The notes beneath the pieces were generated by a model that had not been told where the DNA came from, searched no databases, and was given only the letters and a program-made list of their open reading frames with translations. Shown here piece after piece: positions 1 through 9,032 of a DNA stretch of 19,891 bases. Position 1 is the first letter of the stretch, and each line of letters begins with the position of its first letter. Both the position numbers and the translations under genes were made by a program. This stretch comes from Thraustochytrium aureum. Lineage: Eukaryota. The stretch is from assembly GCA_012862495.1 (NCBI GenBank), contig BLSG01000310.1:133576-153466 (forward strand), given 5' to 3'.

Positions 1-341
1 GCGCTGCGGTCGCTGCAGTTGGGGCTCTGCTCGTCCTCCGAGTCGGCCAGCGCCGCTCTCTCTGCTTGATTTTTCCCCTGCTCAGGCGTTATTCGAGGGA
101 GCGCGACCGGACCTCGGCGGCGCTCGTGCCTAACTGGCAGCTGGGAAGGGCTCTTTGTTCTTTGTGGGTTGTTGGTGACGGGCCAGGGCGGGTTGCCCGT
201 CTGCGCGCGTAAGGTGACGGTTTGCGGATTCTTGATGAAGATAGTTTGTGATGGTTTGTGCGCTGCTGTGCGGACGGGCCGGGACGCGAGACTTGGGCCG
301 AGCAAGGCGGTGGCGTGGCGTGGTACTACTTGCGACTGCAT
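1..341 (-). CDS. Possible 5' end of a gene running off the left edge (open frame MQSQVVPRHA...ADSEDEQSPNCSDRS); may instead be UTR or non-coding
   Basis: Manual translation: ATG at 341-339, then 113 codons with no stop up to the window edge. No recognisable domain. Absent from the ORF track because no stop is reached. Confidence 0.25.
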   Translation of the reverse strand, partial: MQSQVVPRHATALLGPSLASRPVRTAAHKPSQTIFIKNPQTVTLRAQTGNPPWPVTNNPQRTKSPSQLPVRHERRRGPVALPRITPEQGKNQAERAALADSEDEQSPNCSDRS

Positions 342-442
342 CTACTTTAGCGAGCTAGCTGGTTTTCCAGAGGAACTCGCCAGCGTGCAGTCGCAGCGGC
401 GCAGCGAGAAGCACAGGTTGGGCTCGTTCGGCACGACTGTGT

Positions 443-813
443 AGCCGTCAACGGTTGGTTGTTGCGCGAAGCGCAGCCGTGGCCGTGGATGTTGCGAATG
501 GGCGGAATGGGCGGGCTGGGCAGCCGCACACGAGTTGACCATTCACGAACCAAAGACGAAAGGAAGAACAGCCCCAGAGGGAAGTAGTCGGCCACTTGCC
601 ATCACTGGCGCACTAGCAAGGGCGCTGCCATCAGGGACACTCGTTCGCTGTCTCTAGAGCCGTCAACGGCTGGTTGTTGCGCGAAGCGCAGCCGTGGATG
701 TTGTATGCGGGCTGCCCAGCCGCCTATTCCGCCCAATCACGAGTTGACCATTCACAAACCAAAGGACGAGCCTTTCCGCAGTCAACCACTCGCCATGACA
801 CATCAGGGCACTC
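443..813. repeat. Diverged direct duplication (copy 1 443-642, copy 2 658-813) with an internal inverted segment
   Basis: Both copies share AGCCGTCAACGGYTGGTTGTTGCGCGAAGCGCAGCCGTGG, then CACGAGTTGACCATTCACRAACCAAAG, and end in CATCAGGG(A)CACTC. The start-to-start offset is 215 bp. Confidence 0.9.
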
Positions 814-940
814 TGGCAACTCTCAAGAACAATTGTTGGGTTGACACATTTGCTTTAGCATTTCGAATTGAAGGGTGCTCGGGACTCGCGTCGACCGGCA
901 CGAACGAGCTCGCTATCTTGCTCCGCAACGGGGCGCACGC

Positions 941-3265
941 TTAGTAGGTGGCGTCGACCTTGGAGGTCAGCTGGTCCTCGTCCTCCTCCTTGTTGCAGCA
1001 GGTGGAGAAGGCAAGCATGAGGCCGCCGAGGGCAGGCAGGGCAATCGCGAAGAGGCCAAGCAGGTTCGCAAGGCCGCCGACGTACTTGGCTTCCCCGACC
1101 GCGACTTCTTCGCCGACGTTCGCGTACACCGGGGCGCCGCGAACGAGGAGAAGCGCAGAGCACGAGAGCGCGGTCCCGGCGCAGGCGAGCACGCAGGCAA
1201 CAAAGGCCAGCGGGGTCTTGCCAGAGGCGATGAGAGCGAGCGCGAGCAGAAGAGCCACGCCCTCCACGCCGAGAGCAGCCGGGATGAGAACCTGGGCGAG
1301 CTTGATGCGGCGCGCATCCTCCTCGTCCTCCTTGCAGGCGGCGACAAACCCTTCAGTGGTGTTGGCAGACACAACGAGAGAAAAGACAGATGTCGAGACC
1401 GTGTTCACCGTCACCGCCTTGCACTGGGACAGTGAAGAGATAGAGAACTGGAGGCAGCCCTGCATAATCGCGTAAACAGATGCGAGCGCCTCCTGCGTCG
1501 CGATAAAGTCGACGAACGTGGCGCAGGTCGCCGCGGGGTTCTCCTTGAAGACGGCAAAACAGTACGGGCTGCGTTCGAGCCACTTCTCCGGGACGCCAGC
1601 ATACTCGGCATTCGTGATCGTTGCTTGCTCCGGGTTGACGAACTGGTTCTGGCACGATCCGCGCGTGCTCGACGTCTCATTCCACGCAAGGTCACCCTTA
1701 GCACACTCTTCCAAAATGGTGACGAGAACTGGAACGAAAGGAGCGAGCGCGGGGTCCACGTCAATGTCCGCGCCGGCGCCCAGAGCGATAGCAACAGTCT
1801 TGAAGAGAACCATTGGCGAGCACTTGGCCGTCGCATTGATAACATTACCGACGTAAGCCTTGGCACCGGCGACGGCGGGAGCCAAGGCCGGCGACGCGGA
1901 CGCGACAGTGCAAAGCGTCCACTCATCATTCACCGACGCGCGGGGTACCTCGGCAAACACGGCCTTGCACGACTCGAACGATGTATTGGCGTTTGAAAGG
2001 CAGAGTCCGAGAAGGTTGGTAGCAGAGTCCAGCGAAGCCAAGGCTGCCGCGGCAGCGGCGTTCGCCCCTTCGACGACCGCCCGGCTGACAGCGGGAAATC
2101 CCGGCACCTTGCTCGCCACGCCAAGGTGGACAGCGTACTGCACGGCCCTGATAAACGGGATGGTGTTCGAAAAGTCGTAGTTGACAAACGAGTTCGTGAT
2201 CGACGAGTTCGTGTTGGAGGCGTCGAAGCCGGCAATCCCGCCAAAGAGGTAGAAACCGAGCGGCAAGGCGACCGTATCACCTGCAGCAAGAGTTGAAGCA
2301 GGGTTCTGGTACCCGTTGGGCGCTTGCGGGCTGACGTAGTCTGGAAACGTAGGATAGTCCGTCTTCGTAGCAGACAGCATGAACTGGAGGATGTTGATGC
2401 CTGCGCCGAAATCCGCCACATAGCCCGGGACGGTCGTGCCATCGCAAATCAGGGTGGCGTCCTGAGATTTGGCAGCGAGGCACAATGCAGTTCCCACAGC
2501 TCCCGCGGTCGCGGTGTCGCCCAAACTGGTCAAGTTAAAGTACATGGCCAAATGAGCAACTTTGACGGGCTGCGCGACGAAGATATCGGTATTGTAACCG
2601 GAGTAGTCCCCCCCGAGATCAGCGTTCAGGGCCATGCTGCCGCCGGTCTGCGCGAGTTGCTGAGTTCCGCCACAAACGATGTCGGCACCAACGAGAGCCT
2701 TGACAAGGCCCGTAACTTGCCCCTGGAGGGTGCTCACGAGAGTCGCACCATTCTCTTCGAGCTGTCCAGCCCAGAGTTTCGCAACAGCACCGTCAAGACC
2801 CGCGAGGATTTCGAACACGCCCTCCGTCAGCTCGCCGTAGTTCTCAGCCAGGCCGGCTTCGGCCAGATCGAAAGGATAGGAAGCAGCAACAGCGCGAGCA
2901 GGGCTGCCCTCGGCGTAAAAGCTCTCGCAGTCCTTGAATTCCAGGTCCTTGCCAAAGAGGCCGCCATAAGAGTTTTGTGCAGGGAACAGAGGCCAGAACT
3001 CGGTGGTCGAGCTTTCGGTGTACTCGAAGTTGTTGTACTTGGTAACGCTGGTGCCGTTGGCGCACTCGGGGTTGAAGGTGGCGGAGTAGAGGCCGAGCGA
3101 GCCGAGCTTGGCGGGCTGTCCCTTGACGCCATCGCTTTCAACGTCGCACTCCGCGAGGCCCTGGATTCCGACGCGCACCCAGTCCTCGATGATGCTGATG
3201 ACAACGGTCATGGCGAGTCCTACGAGGAGCAGGAACAGGCCGAGGCCTGCGACGATCTTGTTCAT
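941..3265 (-). CDS. 774-aa four-transmembrane protein, claudin/PMP22-superfamily-like, with a very large Cys-containing extracellular loop
   Basis: Intact long ORF with ATG in ...GCCAAGATG context. Hydrophobic TM1 at aa ~4-26 is followed by W..GLY..C. Three closely spaced TMs lie at aa ~656-752. The TM4 region KYVGGLANLLGLFAIALPALGGLMLAFSTCC is followed by a short acidic tail. There are many NxS/T sequons in the loop. The CDS is near-certain; the family is inferred. Confidence 0.85.
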   Translation of the reverse strand: MNKIVAGLGLFLLLVGLAMTVVISIIEDWVRVGIQGLAECDVESDGVKGQPAKLGSLGLYSATFNPECANGTSVTKYNNFEYTESSTTEFWPLFPAQNSYGGLFGKDLEFKDCESFYAEGSPARAVAASYPFDLAEAGLAENYGELTEGVFEILAGLDGAVAKLWAGQLEENGATLVSTLQGQVTGLVKALVGADIVCGGTQQLAQTGGSMALNADLGGDYSGYNTDIFVAQPVKVAHLAMYFNLTSLGDTATAGAVGTALCLAAKSQDATLICDGTTVPGYVADFGAGINILQFMLSATKTDYPTFPDYVSPQAPNGYQNPASTLAAGDTVALPLGFYLFGGIAGFDASNTNSSITNSFVNYDFSNTIPFIRAVQYAVHLGVASKVPGFPAVSRAVVEGANAAAAAALASLDSATNLLGLCLSNANTSFESCKAVFAEVPRASVNDEWTLCTVASASPALAPAVAGAKAYVGNVINATAKCSPMVLFKTVAIALGAGADIDVDPALAPFVPVLVTILEECAKGDLAWNETSSTRGSCQNQFVNPEQATITNAEYAGVPEKWLERSPYCFAVFKENPAATCATFVDFIATQEALASVYAIMQGCLQFSISSLSQCKAVTVNTVSTSVFSLVVSANTTEGFVAACKEDEEDARRIKLAQVLIPAALGVEGVALLLALALIASGKTPLAFVACVLACAGTALSCSALLLVRGAPVYANVGEEVAVGEAKYVGGLANLLGLFAIALPALGGLMLAFSTCCNKEEDEDQLTSKVDATY

Positions 3266-3866
3266 CTTGGCTGAGCTTTTTCCCTTCTTCCTTCCTTTCT
3301 TCCTTCCGTGTCGTTCAGGCTGTCAACAGTGGCTGTTGGCAGTCTGCGTTGCGGGTCTGCTGCAGGTCGCCGAGCGGCCGCGGCCATGTGATGCACCCGG
3401 CCACCTTTTACATACGACCCCCTGCTTTTTCGCAGAGGATTGCCGATCCTTTTTGCACCGTTCGCGTGTGCGACGAACGACCCATCCAACCTTGCAGGCG
3501 CACCTCCCTCTCACACCGCAGAGGGGTCGGCAGCCAGCAAATCTCGCCAAGCGCACCTCACAACAGCTAAGTAACCGCTCAAGCGGTGTGCGGCCAGCCA
3601 CCGCGAAGAACGCATGTGAGCCAGCGGGAGAGTGCACATGCAGCGGGCAGGCCCTTCCAAAACAAACAAACATTCTGCACTCTGTGTCGCTTTTTCGCTT
3701 TTTTGGTCTTTTTGCTTTTTTGGCTTTCGGCCAATCGCGGCCGGGAGCTTTGCAGGGCGGAGCAGCCAACGAGCGGTCGCTTTCGACAACGGCGGCACGC
3801 CTCCTTCCTCCTCGCCAACCGCGTCCGTCGTTCGCTCGCCCGAACTGTCAAGGCGTCCGAGCGCTG

Positions 3867-3947
3867 CTCTACCTTCTCCTTGCACTACTCTACCTTCTCC
3901 TTTTCTCCTTGCACGACTCTACCTTCTCCTTGCACGACTCTACCTCC
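3867..3947. repeat. Minisatellite, ~3.5 copies of a 21-bp unit CTCTACCTTCTCCTTGCAC(T/G)A
   Basis: Units start at 3867, 3888 (carries an extra 8-bp internal duplication), 3917 and 3938 (partial). Confidence 0.9.
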
Positions 3948-3973
3948 AAGCTCGCCGTACCTGCCTGCGTGGC

Positions 3974-3991
3974 GGATGGATGGATGGATGG
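3974..3991. repeat. (GGAT)4 microsatellite
   Basis: Read directly; degenerate complementary ATCC-rich tracts also occur at ~4525-4581 next to a gap. Confidence 0.8.
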
Positions 3992-6378
3992 GTGGTGGAG
4001 GCCGGCCCGTGGCGTCAGGATTTGCGTCTTCCTGTCAGCCTCCTCGGTTCGGTGATCAGAGTTGTCTGGTGCACTGGGGCCTGCGCACAAGGATACGGCC
4101 GATGCTGGCTACGGTGAGGGCGCCTGGGTCCGTGGCACGGTGCCTCTCTCGCGCAGAGGAGTCCTTTGCCTGCCTGGATCCCACCCATCCTCTCTCTAGC
4201 TAGTATCAATGTCTTTTTTCCGGGGCAAAGACCAGCCCACTCGGCGCGCAGGTCGCCTCCGAGCGCTGTCGTTCGGATTGTGCACGCTTCACGCGCAAGT
4301 TCACGCGCCTGCCTCTGCCTGCGTGCCTGCCAGGAGGGAGCAATCGCCGGTGCGCCAAAGCGCGCCAGGCCGGCGCACGCGTATCCGAGCGCGTCCAATT
4401 ATCTTCATTCATTCACCCTTCCGGGGCCGTCGCGCCTCCCAGGCCAGAGGCGTACTCAGTACCGTAAGTAGTTGGACAAGCCAAAGCCAGCCTCGCGGAA
4501 TCCACTCTTCTTCGCGAGAGAGTCCGTCCATCCATCGTAGGAAGCGTCCAGTCCACTCTCCAGTTCATCCATCCACGTCCANNNNNNNNNNNNNNNNNNN
4601 NNNNNNNNNNNNNNNNNNNNNNNNNNNNNNNNNNNNNNNNNNNNNNNNNNNNNNNNNNNNNNNNNNNNNNNNNNNNNNNNNNNNNNNNNNNNNNNAGGCC
4701 TGCACTGTCCTTGAACGCTGTCGCGCGCCGTTGGTTGCTTGTGCAGCGGCCGCGACACCCTCCCTCTTCCAGCTGGAGCCCGCCACGGCCAAACTTGCTC
4801 TGTGCACTGCCGAAAGCGAGAGGCTGCGAACGCGAGTGGTGGAAGGGCGCTCGGGTGTGTCCTGTCAGTGCTACCTTCCTGGCCAGGCTGAAACCAGGAG
4901 GTGGCCGGCTCGTTCTGGACCCGCCGCCGCGCGCGCCTCCCAACTTTGCTCAAGGCCTGGGTGCAGAGTGGGCTGGCTGGGCTGGCTGGCGGGCTGGTTT
5001 TGGTGGAAACAAAGCTCCGGAACAGTGAGAGTCCAGCGCGCGTGGAGAATCCTGTGCTGGATGTGGGTGGGTGGGTGGCCTCTTGCGAAAGTGCCGGGCA
5101 AACGGGTTGCTTCAGGAATCCCCGGCGCGACAGAATCCAACGGGCGTAACGGCATTGCTCGGTCGTTGCTCAGCATTCTCAGTCAGAGTTGGCAGTTTGG
5201 TGAACGCGCGTGGCTGTCGTATACGGCCAGGCGGGTCGAGGAGCTCGGGGCGAGACGAAACGGCGGCAGCGAATCTGTTCTGATCTGAATGATTCACCAT
5301 CAATCAATCTGCCAGCTCGGCGACGTGTGCCGAGCAAGACACGCAACTTGAAGATCCAACGGTCTAGCGGCGTCAACACGGACGAGATTTGGCCAACGGC
5401 GCGCGCAGACGGTTGGTTGGTCGACCTCGAGGCGCGGTTCGGGCCCCGTGCGTCGAGCAAGCACCAAGCCGATCTCATTCATGGTTCGTGTCCGGGTGAG
5501 AAACGTCAACGTTGGCTCGTCCAACTCCAACGGCGCACTGGGCCGTGCGACGAAATGCTGCCTGCTGTCGACGTGCAATTAACTGTCACCGATCTGAGCG
5601 CGCTGTGCGTTCATGAACGCCCAACGCACGCTGCGAGCCCCGCCCAGCACGTTCGCGTGGTTTGAATTTGATTCGCCTGGTGGTTCTGGGTTCACCAAGC
5701 ACGCGAGAAACTGTCGGCTCCTTAGGTAGCCAGCGACTGGACGCCTCTGCCCGCGGCGGGGGCCGCGTGCTGAAGAGCCACAGCCCATAGGAACCAGACT
5801 GACAACCGAAAGTTTGAAGATGGCGAAGCGCCTGACGGTTTTGTGAGATTGATTTTCAGGAGCGATCGAGACGAGCAAAGCGCTTCTTCTGTCGATCGAC
5901 CGGCTTGTCGCGCCCAGGCCCGCATTCGACGAATACGTGCGGCATACCCCACCCCCTCGGGCTCGGCAGAGGTATGATTTGCGGGTGCCCATGCCGGATC
6001 AAAACGTCTACAGAGGCAAACCCAGCCCTTGAGGGCCACTTCACCTCTTCGGAGGCCACCTCGGCTTGCTCTTCGCAAGAGGGCTTTCCGCATAGAGTGC
6101 CTACGCACACTGGCAGACTCGTTTCACTTCAGCCGGGCAAGAACTTCCACTCCAATCCCAGTCGTTCTTACTCGGGGGTTCCTTTCCTTGACATTCGCAT
6201 TCCCGTGCGACTCTGGCGTTTGTCTGCTCACTCTGCGCTCTAGGAAGTTGGTTGGTCTGTTCCTGGACTCGTGCGGGTGCATGCTGTGCAAGGGGCAAAA
6301 ACGAACACAAGACTGTCAGAACAGAAACATGAGATGGATAGAGATGGATGGAGGGGTGAACAAAGACCTTGGCCGCTC

Positions 6379-6422
6379 TGGATGGATGGATAGATGGATG
6401 GATGGATGGATGGATGGATGGA
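6379..6422. repeat. (TGGA)11 microsatellite with one TAGA variant
   Basis: Read directly; degenerate copies flank it (6333-6352, 6423-6435). Confidence 0.95.
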
Positions 6423-7112
6423 CGGGTGGGTGGATACAGACGAGTCGACGACCTCCGAGCCCGCATTCCGATTCATTGACGAGCCAGCAAGCAGACAGCA
6501 GACCGGCGCTGGCAAATTGCAGCCAGCTTTCACCCAGGTCCGGCCAAGCGCATCCAACATTGAAACACCTTGCGCCGCCGATACATGCCGAGAGCGGCGC
6601 TATCCGCACTGGCGGTGCACACTTGCACCTCCAGGCCAACGCGGAAGGCGAACGGTCGAGCCAAGCCAGGCTCGAAACGTAGAGCAGAGTGCACGCACCA
6701 ACTTGGAGCCACTCACTCATCAGACGAGGCGCAGGCTCAGCCAAGGCTGGCGTACGACACGACAGGTCCATTTTGCATCCGGCGCTCGAGCTCGACTTGC
6801 TCTCAAGTGTGTGAGAGTCCATGCCAGCCAGGCCCTCTGCTAGCTCTAGCTAGTAGCTCCAGAGAGGCCGCGAGGCACGCGGCGAGCCGCCGCCTGTCCG
6901 ACACGCAGGCTTGCGGCCTGGTCCAGAGTTGGATCCGCGTATGAAGGATGGGTGCACAGTGAGTTCCAGTGAGACGCTCTCCGAGGCGTTGATCACGACT
7001 GGCCCTGCCAATTGCGTCGTTCTCGACTGGCCCTGGTGGTCTGGTAGGTACTACGTCGAGTGCCGTGCGGCGAGGTACCAGGAAGCGCCCGTGGGCGGCG
7101 GATTCGGCCGCG

Positions 7113-8337
7113 TCAACTTGCGAAGGGAACTGAGACGACCAGCGGGTCCGGCAACCCAGCCAGCGCGACGAGCACGACGCCCGCAGCCTCGTCGACGGCG
7201 AACCGGTTTGGCTTGCCAGGCAGCTCGAGGCTCCAGAGCAGGCGAGGCTCGCCAAAGTCTGGCACAGCGCCCTTGCCGCCCTCGCTCGCGCCGTCGAGCC
7301 CCCAGAGCTTGATCGTCCTGTCGCTGCTCGCCGTCACAACAGGGACGCGAACGCCGCCNNNNNNNNNNNNNNNNNNNNNNNNNNNNNNNNNNNNNNNNNN
7401 NNNNNNNNNNNNNNNNNNNNNNNNNNNNNNNNNNNNNNNNNNNNNNNNNNNNNNNNNNNNNNNNNNNNNNNNNNNNNNNNNNNNNNNNNNNNNNNNNNNN
7501 NNNNNNNNNCTCCGAACCGCGCGAGCAGCCGAGTCGGCTGCGAGCCACGAGCGAGCGCAACCGTAGAGTCGCCGAGGCCGACCGCGAGCCAGGCGCCCTA
7601 CGGGGCGAAAAACTTGGTAGAGTGCACGAGCCGGGGGGTTGACCGCCTGCGCGCCGCTCGATGTTGCCGCGTTTGGGTCGCTGGCGAGGCCGACGTCCAA
7701 TGCACGGTGCCGCGGCTTTCTCCTCTTGCCATCCCAGCTCTGCAGGCGCGAGTCAAAGCCGCCGCTCACAAAACTGCCCCAGTCCTGCCCGGGCCTGAAA
7801 TCTACGGTGAAGCACGAGTGCTCGTGCGCCGCGACGCGGCACCGCAGGGACGGCTCTGGCTTGCATGCAGCCGCGCTGCCAAACTCCAGCACGCTTACCT
7901 GGCCTGCGTCGTCGGCTGCCAGAACGTGCTTGCCGTCCGCGTGGACCGCAAGCTCGTTAACCTCGTCCGCGGCGAACCGCGCTGGGTCGTCGGCGCAGAA
8001 GCCCACTCGCACAGCACGACCTCGGGCCTGCGGAGGTCGTACTGTCGCACCTGCCGGCCCGCGCAGGTCCAAACCACCGTGTCCTCCGCTCCAGGGCCCC
8101 CGCCGAGCACGGCGTGCCCGACCTCCTCGCGCTGCGCCTGTTTTTCGGCGCGAGAACAACCCTGGTCGACCTTGACGTGCGCAGGTCCCACACGCGGCAC
8201 GACCCGTCCTCGCTCGCCGACACGGCGAGGCGGCTAGCAGGCTCCGCGCCCCACCTCGACGCTCGTCGCTTCCGCCGCACTGGCCCTTGCTCAGCCACCC
8301 CACCGCGGCGCTGCTCGCCCCAAGCGGGATCGAGCAT
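7113..8337 (-). CDS. WD40-repeat protein, WDR53-like; split over several frames in this assembly and interrupted by a gap
   Basis: Consecutive WD-type segments in different frames: LAVSASEDGSCRVWDLRT; VWTCAGRQVRQYDLR; DEVNELAVHADGKHVLAADDAGQV; HEHSCFTVDFRP..FVSGGFDSRLQSWD; NPP/LVHS..WLAVGLGDSTV; VVTASSDRTIKLW; GKPNRF. The NPP-x-VH and LAADD-x-G motifs recall WDR53. The start (ATG at 8337) is tentative. Confidence 0.75.
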
Positions 8338-9032
8338 GCCGGCGCCACAAGCGCACCGCGCGTTCCTCCTGCTCAATCAAAACGAGGAGCAACACGGGGA
8401 GACCCACCAGGCAGGGCAGCGGGACGGCCCGTGCGCTGCTGCACCTGCCCGCGCAGAAGGCCTCGCACCGGGCTCGCAAGCCAGCCAACCAGGGCGCAAG
8501 CCGAGCCCACGCGCGAGCTCAGACCGACCGCCGCCCAGCCGCTCTCAGTCCCACTGCGATTCCAACTGCCACCGCGACGACACTTCATCCTCGTCAACCA
8601 TCAACCATCAACNNNNNNNNNNNNNNNNNNNNNNNNNNNNNNNNNNNNNNNNNNNNNNNNNNNNNNNNNNNNNNNNNNNNNNNNNNNNNNNNNNNNNNNN
8701 NNNNNNNNNNNNNNNNNNNNNNNNNNNNNNNNNNNNNNNNNNNNNNNNNNNNNNNNNNNNNNNNNNNNNNNNNNNNNNNNNNNNNNNNNNNNNNNNNNNN
8801 NNNNNNNNNNNNNNNNNNNNNNNNNNNNNNNNNNNNNNNNNNNNNNNNNNNNNNNNNNNNNNNNNNNNNNNNNNNNNNNNNNNNNNNNNNNNNNNNNNNN
8901 NNNNNNNNNNNNNNNNNNNNNNNNNNNNNNNNNNNNNNNNNNNNNNNNNNNNNNNNNNNNNNNNNNNNNNNNNNNNNNNNNNNNNNNNNNNNNNNNNNNN
9001 NNNNNNNNNNNNNNNNNNNNNNNNNNNNNNNC

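Noticed and set aside
443..813. Duplication considered as a CRISPR-like repeat-spacer array or as LTRs
   Set aside because: There are only two long diverged copies, the 'spacer' is an inversion of the same sequence, there are no cas genes, and no internal retroelement sequence lies between the copies.
875..3274. Plus-strand ORFs (186, 175, 316 aa etc.) opposite the 774-aa gene
   Set aside because: These are antisense shadows of a GC-rich CDS with no independent protein-like features. The same applies to ORFs overlapping the other long genes (e.g. 9257-10681, 13515-14366, 15577-16371).
3867..3947. 21-bp repeats considered as a CRISPR array
   Set aside because: The units are head-to-tail with no unique spacers; this is an ordinary minisatellite.
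5430..5452. GGTTCGGGCCC as a tRNA T-arm
   Set aside because: It lacks the TTCRA consensus and no cloverleaf could be built around it.
5770..5815. CTGAAGA...GAAA as a hammerhead ribozyme core
   Set aside because: No stem II pairing between the two core motifs and no convincing flanking stems.
4194..6855. 12-bp direct repeat CTCTAGCTAGTA at 4194 and 6844 as a target-site duplication or Helitron ends
   Set aside because: A 12-mer match in several kb of non-coding DNA is near chance expectation. I saw no terminal inverted repeats, no convincing subterminal hairpin and no transposase remnant.
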